Assembly (NCBI RefSeq): GCF_009914755.1
Contig: NC_060935.1
DNA from: the human T2T-CHM13v2.0 reference genome, Homo sapiens
Direction: 5' to 3' (one strand)
Length of the DNA: 64,000 bases
Part shown: piece by piece, positions 1 to 13,400 of the stretch
How the letters are laid out: each line of letters opens with the position of its first letter
How positions within the stretch are numbered: the first letter of the stretch is position 1
Position numbers and translations under genes: made by a program
Notes under the pieces: model-generated
What the model saw: only the letters and a program-made list of their open reading frames with translations
Databases searched by the model: none
What the model was told of the DNA's origin: nothing

Positions 1-33
1 AAGGAAAATCTTCACATAAAAACTACATGGAAG

Positions 34-204
34 CATTCTCAGAAACTACTTTGTGATGATTGCATTCGACTCAAAGAGTTGAACATTCCTATAGATAGAG
101 CAGGTTGTAAACAATCTTTTTGTAGAATCTGCGATTGGAGATTTGGACTGCTTTGAGGCCTACTGTAGTAAAGGAAATAACTTCATCGAAAAACCAAACG
201 GAAG
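34..204 (+). repeat. Alpha-satellite monomer, A-type (no CENP-B box), 171 bp; probably W5-class
   Basis: The box position reads CCTACTGTAGTAAAGGA (159-175), with no TTCG or CGGG. The W-class label is inferred from the SF3 B-B-B-A-A order. Confidence 0.75.
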
Positions 205-372
205 CATTCACAGACAATTCTTAGTGATCATTGCATTGAACTAACAGAGCTGAACATTCCGTTAGATGGCGCAGTTTCCAAACACACTTTCTGTAGAATC
301 TGCAAGTGGATATTTGGACCTCTCTGAGGATTTCGTTGGAAACGGGATAAACTTCCCAGAACTACACGGAAG
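205..372 (+). repeat. Alpha-satellite monomer, B-type, 168 bp (short monomer); probably W1-class
   Basis: Contains the canonical box TTTCGTTGGAAACGGGA (331-347) and is the shortest monomer. Confidence 0.75.
331..347 (+). promoter_or_regulatory. CENP-B box 1 (first instance; recurs every ~850 bp, disrupted in 16 copies)
   Basis: TTTCGTTGGAAACGGGA matches the 17-bp consensus nTTCGnnnnAnnCGGGn at all 9 core positions. Confidence 0.95.
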
Positions 373-542
373 CATTGTGAGAAACTTCTTTGTGATGTTT
401 GCATTCAACTCACAGAGTTGAACCTTGCTTTCATAGTCCAGCTTTCAAACACTCTTTTTGTAGAATCTGCAAGTGGATATTTGGACCACTTTGTGGCCTT
501 CCTTCGAAACGGGTATATCTTCACATCAAACCTAGACAGAAG
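373..542 (+). repeat. Alpha-satellite monomer, B-type with degenerate CENP-B box, 170 bp; probably W2-class
   Basis: The box position reads CTTCCTTCGAAACGGGT (498-514). Confidence 0.75.
498..514 (+). other. Degenerate CENP-B box (predicted non-binding), once per HOR
   Basis: CTTCCTTCGAAACGGGT has TTCC where the core needs TTCG; the A and CGGG are retained. Confidence 0.8.
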
Positions 543-713
543 CATTCTCAGAATGTTTCCTGTGATGACTGCATTCAACTCACAGAGGTGAACAATCCTG
601 CTGATGGAGCAGTTTTGAAACTCTCTTTCTTTGGATTCTGCAAGTGGATATGTGGACCTCTGTGAAGATTTCGTTGGAAACGGGTTCATCTTCACAGAAA
701 AACTAAACAGGAG
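543..713 (+). repeat. Alpha-satellite monomer, B-type, 171 bp; probably W3-class
   Basis: Contains TTTCGTTGGAAACGGGT (669-685). Confidence 0.75.
669..685 (+). promoter_or_regulatory. CENP-B box 2 (first instance; core intact in every copy read)
   Basis: TTTCGTTGGAAACGGGT; all 9 core bases are present. Confidence 0.93.
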
Positions 714-883
714 CATTCTCAGAAACTGCTTTGTGATGTTTGTGTTCCACTTCAAGAATTGAACTTTCCTCTTGACAGAGCAGCTCTGAAACCCTCTTTT
801 TCTAGAATCTGCAAGTGGACATTTGGAGGGCTTTGAGGCCTGTGGTGGAAAAGGAAAATCTTCACATAAAAACTAGATGGAAG
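714..883 (+). repeat. Alpha-satellite monomer, A-type (pJalpha-like site), 170 bp, carries the XbaI site; probably W4-class
   Basis: The box position reads CCTGTGGTGGAAAAGGA (839-855); TCTAGA at 801-806. Confidence 0.75.
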
Positions 884-3800
884 CATTCTCAGAAACTCCT
901 TTGTGATGATTGCATTCGACTCACAGAGTTGAACATTCCTATAGATAGAGCAGGTTGTAAACAATCTTTTTGTAGAATCTGCGATTGGAGATTTGGACTG
1001 CTTTGAGGCCTACTGTAGTAAAGGAAATAACTTCATCTAAAAACCAAACGGAAGCATTCACAGACAATTCTTAGTGATCATTGCATTGAACTAACAGAGC
1101 TGAATATTCCTTTAGATGGCGCAGTTTCCAAACACACTTTCTGTAGAATCTGCAACTGGATATTTGGACCTCTCTGAGGATTTCTTTGGAAACGGGATAT
1201 ACTTCCCAGAACTACACGGAAGCATTCTGAGAAACTTCTTTGTGATGTTTGCATTCAACTCACAGAGTTGAACCTTGCTTTCATAGTTCAGCTTTCAAAC
1301 ACTCTTTTTGTAGAATCTGCAAGTGGATATTTGGACCACTTTGTGGCCTTCCTTCGAAACGGGTATATCTTCACATCAAACCTAGACAGAAGCATTCTCA
1401 GAATGTTTCCTGTGATGACTGCATTCAACTCACAGAGGTGAACAATCCTGCTGATGGAGCAGTTTTGAAACTCTCTTTCTTTGGATTCTGCAAGTGGATA
1501 TGTGGACCTCTGTGAAGATTTCGTTGGAAACGGGTTCATCTTCACAGAAAAACTAATCAGAAGGATTCTCAGAAACTGCTTTGTGATGTTTGTGTTCCAC
1601 TTCAGGAATTGAACATTCCTCTTGACAGAGCAGCTCTGAAACCCTCTTATTCTAGAATCTGCAAGTGGACATTTGCGAGGGCTTTCAGGCCTGTGGTGGA
1701 AAAGGAAAATCTTCACATAAAAACTAGATGGAAGCATTATCAGAAACTCCTTTGTGATGATTGCATTCGACTCACAGAGTTGAACATTCCTATAGATACA
1801 TCAGGTTGTAAACAATCTTTTTGTAGAATCTGCGATTGGAGATTTGGACTGCTTTGAGGCCTACTGTAGTAAAGGAAATAACTTCATCGAAAAACCAAAC
1901 GGAAGCATTCACAGACAATTCTTAGTGATCATTGCATTGAACTAACAGAGCTGAACATTCCGTTAGATGGCGCAGTTTCCAAACACACTTTCTGTAGAAT
2001 CTGCAAGTGGATATTTGGACCTCTCTGAGGATTTCGTTGGAAACGGGATAAACTTCCCAGAACTACACGGAAGCATTGTGAGAAACTTCTTTGTGATGTT
2101 TGCATTCAACTCACAGAGTTGAACCTTGCTTTCATAGTCCAGCTTTCAAACACTCTTTTTGTAGAATCTGCAAGTGGATATTTGGACCACTTTGTGGCCT
2201 TCCTTCGAAACGGGTATATCTTCACATCAAACCTAGACAGAAGCATTCTCAGAATGTTTCCTGTGATGACTGCATTCAACTCACAGAGGTGAACAATCCT
2301 GCTGATGGAGCAGTTTTGAAACTCTCTTTCTTTGGATTCTGCAAGTGGATATGTGGACCTCTGTGAAGATTTCGTTGGAAACGGGTTCATCTTCACAGAA
2401 AAACTAAACAGGAGCATTCTCAGAAACTGCTTTGTGATGTTTGTGTTCCACTTCAAGAATTGAACTTTCCTCTTGACAGAGCAGCTCTGAAACCCTCTTT
2501 TTCTAGAATCTGCAAGTGGACATTTGGAGGGCTTTGAGGCCTGTGGTGGAAAAGGAAAATCTTCACATAAAAACTAGATGGAAGCATTCTCAGAAACTCC
2601 TTTGTGATGATTGCATTCGACTCACAGAGTTGAACATTCCTATAGATAGAGCAGGTTGTAAACAATCTTTTTGTAGAATCTGCGATTGGAGATTTGGACT
2701 GCTTTGAGGCCTACTGTAGTAAAGGAAATAACTTCATCTAAAAACCAAACGGAAGCATTCACAGACAATTCTTAGTGATCATTGCATTGAACTAACAGAG
2801 CTGAACATTCCTTTAGATGGCGCAGTTTCCAAACACACTTTCTGTAGAATCTGCAACTGGATATTTGGACCTCTCTGAGGATTTCTTTGGAAACGGGATA
2901 TACTTCCCAGAACTACACGGAAGCATTCTGAGAAACTTCTTTGTGATGTTTGCATTCAACTCACAGAGTTGAACCTTGCTTTCATAGTTCAGCTTTCAAA
3001 CACTCTTTTTGTAGAATCTGCAAGTGGATATTTGGACCACTTTGTGGCCTTCCTTCGAAACGGGTATATCTTCACATCAAACCTAGACAGAAGCATTCTC
3101 AGAATGTTTCCTGTGATGACTGCATTCAACTCACAGAGGTGAACAATCCTGCTGATGGAGCAGTTTTGAAACTCTCTTTCTTTGGATTCTGCAAGTGGAT
3201 ATGTGGACCTCTGTGAAGATTTCGTTGGAAACGGGTTCATCTTCACAGAAAAACTAAACAGAAGGATTCTCAGAAACTGCTTTGTGATGTTTGTGTTCCA
3301 CTTCAAGAATTGAACTTTCCTCTTGACAGAGCAGCTCTGAAACCCTCTTATTCTAGAATCTGCAAGTGGACATTTTCGAGGGCTTTCAGGCCTGTGGTGG
3401 AAAAGGAAAATCTTCACATAAAAACTAGATGGAAGCATTCTCAGAAACTACTTTGTGATGATTGCATTCGACTCACAGAGTTGAACATTCCTATAGATAG
3501 AGTAGGTTGTAAACAATCTTTTTGTAGAATCTGCGATTAGAGATTTGGACTGCTTTGAGGCCTACTGTAGTAAAGGAAATAACTTCATCTAAAAACCAAA
3601 CGGAAGCATTCACAGACAATTCTTAGTGATCATTGGATTGAACTAACAGAGCTGAACATTCCTTTAGATGGAGCAGTTTCCAAACACACTTTCTGTAGAA
3701 TCTGCAAGTGGATATTTGGACTTCTCTGAGGATTTCGTTGGAAACGGGATAAACTTCCCAGAACTACACGGAAGCATTCTGAGAAACTTCTTTGTGATGT

Positions 3801-6800
3801 TTGCATTCAACTCACAGAGTTGAACCTTGCTTTCATAGTTCAGCTTTCAAACACTCTTTTTGTAGAATCTGCAAGTGGATATTTGGACCACTTTGTGGCC
3901 TTCCTTCGAAACGGGTATATCTTCACATCAAACCTAGACAGAAGCATTCTCAGAATGTTTCCTGTGATGACTGCATTCAACTCACAGAGGTGAACAATCC
4001 TGTTGATGGAGCAGTTTTGAAACTCTCTTTCTTTGGATTCTGCAAGTGGATATGTGGACCTCTGTGAAGATTTCGTTGGAAACGGGTTCATCTTCTCAGA
4101 AAAACTAAACAGAAGCATTCTCAGAAACTGCTTTGTGATGTTTGTGTTCCACTTCAGGAATTGAACTTTCCTCTTGTCAGAGCAGCTCTGAAACCCTCTT
4201 TTTCTAGAATCTGCAAGTGGACATTTGGAGGGCTTTGAGGCCTGTGGTGGAAAAGGAAAATCTTCACATAAAAACTAGATGGAAGCATTCTCAGAAACTA
4301 CTTTGTGATGATTGCATTCGACTCACAGAGTTGAACATTCCTATAGATAGAGCAGGTTGTAAACAGTCTTTTTGTAGAATCTGCGATTGGAGATTTGGAC
4401 TGCTTTGAGGCCTACTGTAGTAAAGGAAATAACTTCATCTAAAAACCAAACGGAAGCATTCACAGACAATTCTTAGTGATCATTGGATTGAACTAACAGA
4501 GCTGAACATTCATTTAGATGGAGGAGTTTCCAAACACACTTTCTGTAGAATCTGCAAGTGGATATTTGGACCTCTCTGAGGATTTCGTTGGAAACGGGAT
4601 AAACTTCCCAGAACTACACGGAAGCATTCTGAGAAACTTCTTTGTGATGTTTGCATTCAACTCACAGAGTTGAACCTTGCTTTCATAGTTCAGCTTTCAA
4701 ACACTCTTTTTGTAGAATCTGCAAGTGGATATTTGGACCACTTTGTGGCCTTCCTTCGAAACGGGTATATCTTCACATCATCCTAGACAGAAGCATTCTC
4801 AGAATGTTTCCTGTGATGACTGCATTCAACTCACAGAGGTGAACAATCCTGTTGATGGAGCACTTTTGAAACTCTCTTTCTTTGGATTCTGCAAGTGGAT
4901 ATGTGGACCTCTGTGAAGACTTCGCTGGAAACGGGTTCATCTTCACAGAAAAACTAAACAGAAGCATTCTCAGAAACTGCTTTGTGATGTTTGTGTTCCA
5001 CTTCAAGAATTGAACTTTCCTCTTGACAGAGCAGCTCTGAAACCCTCTTTTTCTAGAATCTGCAAGTGGACATTTGGAGGGCTTTGAGGCCTGTGGTGGA
5101 AAAGGAAAATCTTCACATAAAAACTAGATGGAAGCATTCTCAGAAACTACTTTGTGATGATTGCATTCGACTCACAGAGTTGAACATTCCTATAGATAGA
5201 GCAGGTTGTAAACAATCTTTTTGTAGAATCTGCGATTGGAGATTTGGACTGCTTTGAGGCCTACTGTAGTAAAGGAAATAACTTCATCTAAAAACCAAAC
5301 GGAAGCATTCACAGACAATTCTTAGTGATCATTGCATTGAACTAACAGAGCTGAACATTCCTTTAGATGGCGCAGTTTCCAAACACACTTTCTGTAGAAT
5401 CTGCAAGTGGATATTTGGACCTCTCTGAGGATTTCGTTGGAAACGGGATAAACTTCCCAGAACTACACGGAAGCATTGTGAGAAACTTCTTTGTGATGTT
5501 TGCATTCAACTCACAGAGTTGAACCTTGCTTTCATAGTTCAGCTTTCAAACACTCTTTTTGTAGAATCTGCAAGTGGATATTTGGACCACTTTGTGGCCT
5601 TCCTTTGAAACGGGTATATCTTCACATCAAACCTAGACAGAAGCATTCTCAGAATGTTTCCTGTGATGACTGCACTCAACTCACAGAGGTGAACAATCCT
5701 GCTGATGGAGCCGTTTTGAAACTCTCTTTCTTTGGATTCTGCAAGTGGATATGTGGACCTCTGTGAAGATTTCGTTGGAAACGGGTTCATCTTCACAGAA
5801 AAACTAAACAGAAGCATTCTTAGAAACTGCTTTGTGATGTTTGTGTTCCACTTCAGGAATTGAACTTTCCTCTTGACAGAGCAGCTCTGAAACCCTCTTA
5901 TTCTAGAATCTGCAAGTGGACATTTGGAGGGCTTTGAGGCCTGTGGTGGAAAAGGAAAATCCTCACATAAAAACTAGATGGAAGCATTCTCAGAAACTAC
6001 TTTGTGATGATTGCATTCGACTCACAGAGCTGAACATTCCTATAGATAGAGTAGGTTGTAAACAATCTTTTTGTAGAATCTGCGATTGGAGATTTGGACT
6101 GCTTTGAGGCCTACTGTAGTAAAGGAAATAACTTCATCTAAAAACCAAACGGAAGCATTCACAGACAATTCTTAGTGATCATTGGATTGAACTAACAGAG
6201 CTGAACATTCCTTTAGATGGAGCAGTTTCCAAACCCACTTTCTGTAGAATCTGCAAGTGGATATTTGGACTTCTCTGAGGATTTCGTTGTAAAGGGGATA
6301 AACTTCCCAGAACTACACAGAAGCATTGTGAGAAACTTCTTTGTGATGTTTGCATTCAACTCACAGAGTTGAACCTTGCTTTCATAGTTCAGCTTTCAAA
6401 CACTCCTTTTGTAGAATCTGCAAGTGGATATTTGGACCACTTTGTGGCCTTCCTTCGAAACGGGTATATCTTCACATCAAACCTAGACAGAAGCATTCTC
6501 AGAATGTTTCCTGTGATGACTGCATTCAACTCACAGAGGTGAACAATCCTGCTGATGGAGCAGTTTTGAAACTCTCTTTCTTTGGATTCTGCAAGTGGAT
6601 ATGTGGACCTCTGTGAAGATTTCGTTGGAAACGGGTTCATCTTCACAGAAAAACTAAACAGAAGCATTCTCAGAAACTGCTTTGTGATGTTTGTGTTCCA
6701 CTTCAGGAATTGAACTTTCCTCTTGACAGAGCAGCTCTGAAATCCTCTTATTCTAGAATCTGCAAGTGGACATTTGGAGGGCTTTGAGGCCTGTGGTGGA

Positions 6801-6999
6801 AAAGGAATATCTTCACATAAAAAGTAGATGGAAGCATTCTCAGAAACTACTTTGTGATGATTGCATTCGACTCACAGAGTTGAACATTCCTATAGATAGA
6901 GCAGGTTGTAAACAATCTTTTTGTAGAATCTGCGATTGGAGATTTGGACTGCTTTGAGGCCTACTGTAGTAAAGGAAATAACTTCATCTAAAAACCAAA

Positions 7000-9900
7000 C
7001 GGAAGCATTCACAGACAATTCTTAGTGATCATTGGATTGAACTAACAGAGCTGAGCATTCCTTTAGATGGAGCAGTTTTCAAACACACTTTCTGTAGAAT
7101 CTGCAAGTGGATATTTGGACTTCTCTGAGGATTTCGTTGGAAACGGGATAAACTTCCCAGAACTACACGGAAGCATTGTGAGAAACTTCTTTGTGATGTT
7201 TGCATTCAACTCACAGAGTTGAACCTTGCTTTCATAGTTCAGCTTTTAAACACTCCTTTTGTAGAATCTGCAAGTGGATATTTGGACCACTTTGTGGCCT
7301 TCCTTCGAAACGGGTATATCTTCACATCAAACCTAGACAGAAGCATTCTCAGAATGTTTCCTGTGATGACTGCATTCAACTCACAGAGGTGAACAATCCT
7401 GCTGATGGAGCAGTTTTGAAACTCTCTTTCTTTGGATTCTGCAAGTGGATATGTGGACCTCTGTGAAGATTTCGTTGGAAACGGGTTCATCTTCACAGAG
7501 AATCTAAACAGAAGCATTCTCAGAAACTGCTTTGTGATGTTTGTGTTCCACTTCAGGAATTGAACTTTCCTCTTGACAGAGCAGCTCTGAAATCCTCTTA
7601 TTCTAGAATCTGCAAGTGGACATTTGGAGGGCTTTGAGGCCTGTGGTGGAAAAGGAAAATCTTCACATAAAAACTAGATGGAAGCATTCTCAGAAACTAC
7701 TTTGTGATGATTGCATTCGACTCACAGAGTTGAACATTCCTATAGATAGAGCAGGTTGTAAACAATCTTTTTGTAGAATCTGCGATTGGAGATTTGGACT
7801 GCTTTGAGGCCTACTGTAGTAAAGGAAATAACTTCATCTAAAAACCAAACGGAAGCATTCACAGACAATTCTTAGTGATCATTGGATTGAACTAACAGAG
7901 CTGAACATTCCTTTAGATGGAGCAGTTTCCAAACCCACTTTCTGTAGAATCTGCAAGTGGATATTTGGACTTCTCTGAGGATTTCGTTGGAAACGGGATA
8001 AACTTCCCAGAACTACACGGAAGCATTCTGAGAAACTTCTTTGTGATGTTTGCATTCAACTCACAGAGTTGAACCTTGCTTTCATAGTTCAGCTTTCAAA
8101 CACTCCTTTTGTAGAATCTGCAAGTGGATATTTGGACCACTTTGTGGCCTTCCTTCGAAACGGGTATATCTTCACATCAAACCTAGACAGAAGCATTCTC
8201 AGAATGTTTCCTGTGATGACTGCATTCAACTCACAGAGGTGAACAATCCTGCTGATGGAGCAGTTTTGAAACTCTCTTTCTTTGGATTCTGCAAGTGGAT
8301 ATGTGGACCTCTGTGAAGATTTCGTTGGAAACGGGTTCATCTTCACAGAAAAACTAAACAGAAGCATTCTCAGAAACTGCTTTGTCATGTTTGTGTTCCA
8401 CTTCAGGAATTGAACTTTCCTCTTGACAGAGCAGCTCTGAAATCCTCTTATTCTAGAATCTGCAAGTGGACATTTGGAGGGCTTTGAGGCCTGCGGTGGA
8501 AAAGGAAAATCTTCACATAAAAACTAGATGGAAGCATTCTCAGAAACTACTTTGTGATGATTGCATTCGACTCACAGAGTTGAACATTCCTATAGATAGA
8601 GCAGGTTGTAAACAATCTTTTTGTAGAATCTGCGATTGGAGATTTGGACTGCTTTGAGGCCTACTGTAGTAAAGGAAATAACTTCATCTAAAAACCAAAC
8701 GGAAGCATTCACAGACAATTCTTAGTGATCATTGGATTGAACTAACAGAGCTGAGCATTCCTTTAGATGGAGCAGTTTTCAAACACACTTTCTGTAGAAT
8801 CTGCAAGTGGATATTTGGACTTCTCTGAGGATTTCGTTGGAAACGGGATAAACTTCCCAGAACTACACGGAAGCATTGTGAGAAACTTCTTTGTGATGTT
8901 TGCATTCAACTCACAGAGTTGAACCTTGCTTTCATAGTTCAGCTTTTAAACACTCCTTTTGTAGAATCTGCAAGTGGATATTTGGACCACTTTGTGGCCT
9001 TCCTTCGAAACGGGTATATCTTCACATCAAACCTAGACAGAAGCATTCTCAGAATGTTTCCTGTGATGACTGCATTCAACTCACAGAGGTGAACAATCCT
9101 GCTGATGGAGCAGTTTTGAAACTCTCTTTCTTTGGATTCTGCAAGTGGATATGTGGACCTCTGTGAAGATTTCGTTGGAAACGGGTTCATCTTCACAGAG
9201 AATCTAAACAGAAGCATTCTCAGAAACTGCTTTGTGATGTTTGTGTTCCACTTCAGGAATTGAACTTTCCTCTTGACAGAGCAGCTCTGAAATCCTCTTA
9301 TTCTAGAATCTGCAAGTGGACATTTGGAGGGCTTTGAGGCCTGTGGTGGAAAAGGAAAATCTTCACATAAAAACTAGATGGAAGCATTCTCAGAAACTAC
9401 TTTGTGATGATTGCATTCGACTCACAGAGTTGAACATTCCTATAGATAGAGCAGGTTGTAAACAAACTTTTTGTAGAATCTGCGATTGGAGATTTGGACT
9501 GCTTTGAGGCCTACTGTAGTAAAGGAAATAACTTCATCTAAAAACCAAACGGAAGCATTCACAGACAATTCTTAGTGATCATTGGATTGAACTAACAGAG
9601 CTGAACATTCCTTTAGATGGAGCAGTTTCCAAACCCACTTTCTGTAGAATCTGCAAGTGGATATTTGGACTTCTCTGAGGATTTCGTTGGAAACGGGATA
9701 AACTTCCCAGAACTACACGGAAGCATTCTGAGAAACTTCTTTGTGATGTTTGCATTCAACTCACAGAGTTGAACCTTGCTTTCATAGTTCAGCTTTCAAA
9801 CACTCCTTTTGTAGAATCTGCAAGTGGATATTTGGACCACTTTGTGGCCTTCCTTCGAAACGGGTATATCTTCACATCAAACCTAGACAGAAGCATTCTC

Positions 9901-10000
9901 AGAATGTTTCCTGTGATGACTGCATTCAACTCACAGAGGTGAACAATCCTGCTGATGGAGCAGTTTTGAAACTCTCTTTCTTTGGATTCTGCAAGTGGAT
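7000..10000 (+). repeat. Tandem duplication of a 2-HOR unit (period 1700 bp)
   Basis: CTGAGCATTC (7051/8751), AGCAGTTTTC (7071/8771), AGCTTTTAAA (7241/8941), AATCTAAACA (7501/9201), AAACCCACTT (7931/9631). Confidence 0.85.
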
Positions 10001-10449
10001 ATGTGGACCTCTGTGAAGATTTCGTTGGAAACGGGTTCATCTTCACAGAAAAACTAAGCAGAAGCATTCTCAGAAACCGCTTTGTGATGTTTGTGTTCCA
10101 CTTCAAGAATTGAACTTTCCTCTTGACAGAGCAGCTCTGAAACCCTCTTATTCTAGAATCTGCAAGTGGACATTTGGAGGGCTTTGAGGCCTGTGGTGGA
10201 AAAGGAAAATCTTCACATAAAAACTAGATGGAAGCATTCTCAGAAACTACTTTGTGATGATTGCATTCGACTCACAGAGTTGAACATTCCTATAGATAGA
10301 GCAGGTTGTAAACAATCTTTTTGTAGAATCTGCGATTGGAAATTTGGACTGCTTTGAGGCCTACTGTAGTAAAGGAAATAACTTCATCTAAAAACCAAAC
10401 GGAAGCATTCACAGACAATTCTTAGTGATCATTGGATTGAACTAACAGA

Positions 10450-13400
10450 GCTGAACATTCCTTTAGATGGCGCAGTTTCCAAACACACTTTCTGTAGAAT
10501 CTGCAAGTGGATATTTGGACCTCTCTGAGGATTTCGTTGGAAACGGGATAAACTTCCCAGAACTACACGGAAGCATTGCGAGAAACTTCCTTGTGATGTT
10601 TGCATTCAACTCACAGAGTTGAACCTTGCTTTCATAGTTCAGGTTTCAAACACTCTTTTTGTAGAATCTGCAAGTGGATATTTGGACCACTTTGTGGCCT
10701 TCCTTCGAAACGGGTATATCTTCACATCAAACCTAGACAGAAGCATTCTCAGAATGTTTCCTGTGATGACTGCATTCAACTCACAGAGGTGAACAATCCT
10801 GCTGATGGAGCAGTTTTGAAACTCTCTTTCTTTGGATTCTGCAAGTGGATATGTGGACCTCTGTGAAGATTTCGTTGGAAACGGGTTCAGCTTCACAGAA
10901 AAACTAAACAGAAGCATTCTCAGAAACTGCTTTGTCATGTTTGTGTTCCACTTCAGGAATTGAACTTTCCTCTTCACAGAGCAGCTCTGAAATCCTCTTA
11001 TTCTAGAATCTGCAAGTGGACATTTGGATGGCTTTGAGGCCTGTGGTGGAAAAGGAAAATCTTCACATAAAAACTAGATGGAAGCATTCTCAGAAACTAC
11101 TTTGTGATGATTGCATTCGACTCACAGAGTTGAACATTCCTATAGATAGAGCAGGTTGTAAACAATCTTTTTATATAATCTGCGATTGGAGATTTGGACT
11201 GCTTTGAGGCCTACTGTAGTAAAGGAAATAACTTCATATAAAAACCAAACGGAAGCATTCACAGACAATTCTTAGTGATCATTGGATTGAACTAACAGAG
11301 CTGTAGATTCCTTTAGATGGAGCAGTTTCCAAACACACTTTCTGTAGAATCTGCAAGTGGATATTTGGACTTCTCTGAGGATTTCGTTGGAAACGGGATA
11401 AACTTCCCAGAACTACACGGAAGCATTCTGAGAAACTTCTTTGTGATGTTTGCATTCAACTCACAGAGTTGAACCTTGCTTTCGTAGTTCAGCATTCAAA
11501 CACTCTTTTTGTAGAATCTGCAAGTGGATATTTGGACCGCTTTATGGCCTTCCTTCGAAACGGGTATATCTTCACATCAAACCTAGACAGAAGCATTCTC
11601 AGAATGTTTCCTGTGATGACTGCATTCAACTCACAGAGGTGAACAATCCTGCTGATGGAGCAGTTTTGAAACTCTCTTTCTTTGGATTCTGCAAGTGGAT
11701 ATGTGGACCTCTGTGAAGATTTCGTTGGAAACGGGTTCATCTTCACAGAAAAACTAAACAGAAGCATTCTCAGAAACTGCTTTCTGATGTTTGTGTTCCA
11801 CTTCAGGAATTGAACTTTCCTCTTCACAGAGCAGCTCTGAAATCCTCTTATTCTAGAATCTGCAAGTGGACATTTGGAGGGCTTTGAGGCCTGTGGTGGA
11901 AAAGGAAAATCTTCACATAAAAACTAGATGGAAGCATTCTCAGAAACTACTTTGTGATGATTGCATTCGACTCACAGAGTTGAACATTCCTATAGATAGA
12001 GCAGGTTGTAAACAATCTTTTTGTAGAATCTGCGATTGGAGATTTGGACTGCTTTGAGGCCTACTGTAGTAAAGGAAATAACTTCATCTAAAAACCAAAC
12101 GGAAGCATTCACAGACAATTCTTAGTGATCATTGGATTGAACTAACAGAGCTGAACATTCCTTTAGATGGAGCAGTTTCCAAACACACTTTCTGTAGAAT
12201 CTGCAAGTGGATATTTGGAGTTCTCTGAGGATTTCGTTGGAAACGGGATAAACTTCCCAGAACTACACGGAAGCATTCTGAGAAACTTCTTTGTGATGTT
12301 TGCATTCAACTCACAGAGTTGAACCTTGCTTTCATAGTTCAGCTTTCAAACACTCTTTTTGTAGAATCTGCAAGTGGATATTTGGACCACTTTGTGGCCT
12401 TCCTTCGAAACGGGTATATCTTCACATCAAACCTAGACAGAAGCATTCTCAGAATGTTTCCTGTGATGACTGCATTCAACTCACAGAGGTGAACAATCCT
12501 GCTGATGGAGCAGTTTTGAAACTCTCTTTCTTTGGATTCTGCAAGTGGATATGTGGACCTCTGTGAAGATTTCGTTGGAAACGGGTTCATCTTCACAGAA
12601 AAACTAAGCAGAAGCATTCTCAGAAACTGCTTTGTGATGTTTGTGTTCCACTTCAAGAATTGAACTTTCCTCTTGACAGAGCAGCTCTGAAACCCTCTTA
12701 TTCTAGAATCTGCAAGTGGACCTTTGGAGGGCTTTGAGGCCTGTGGTGGAAAAGGAAAATCTTCACATAAAAACTAGATGGAAGCATTCTCAGAAACTAC
12801 TTTGTGATGATTGCATTCGACTCACAGAGTTGAACATTCCTATAGATAGAGCAGGTTGTAAACAATCTTTTTGTAGAATCTGCGATTGGAAATTTGGACT
12901 GCTTTGAGGCCTACTGTAGTAAAGGAAATAACTTCATCTAAAAACCAAACGGAAGCATTCACAGACAATTCTTAGTGATCATTGGATTGAACTAACAGAG
13001 CTGAACATTCATTTAGATGGCGCAGTTTCCAAACACACTTTCTGTAGAATCTGCAAGTGGATATTTGGACCTCTCTGAGGATTTCGTTGGAAACGGGATA
13101 AACTTCCCAGAACTACACGGAAGCATTGTGAGAAACTTCTTTGTGATGTTTGCATTCAACTCACAGAGTTGAACCTTGCTTTCATAGTTCAGCTTTCAAA
13201 CACTCTTTTTGTAGAATCTGCAAGTGGATATTTGGACCACTTTGTGGCCTTCCTTCGAAACGGGTATATCTTCACATCAAACCTAGACAGAAGCATTCTC
13301 AGAATGTTTCCTGTGATGACTGCATTCAACTCACAGAGGTGAACAATCCTGCTGATGGAGCAGTTTTGAAACTCTCTGTCTTTGGATTCTGCAAGTGGAT

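Larger units (their letters stand above)
34..883 (+). repeat. First complete 850-bp HOR unit (five monomers)
   Basis: Monomer starts (CATT...) at 34, 205, 373, 543 and 714; the next unit starts at 884 with the same sequence as 34. Confidence 0.95.
181..3400 (+). repeat. Tandem duplication of a 2-HOR unit (period 1701 bp)
   Basis: Paired variants: CATCGAAAA (~185/1886), ATAGTCCAG (~434/2135), GCAACTGG (~1152/2853), TTCT box (1181/2882), AAGGATTCT (1561/3262), +1 insertion with CTTTCAGG (~1676/3377). Confidence 0.85.

Noticed and set aside
498-514. A third functional CENP-B box using the internal TTCG
   Set aside because: TTCG and CGGG are only 3 bp apart (TTCGAAACGGG); the motif needs 7 bp between them.
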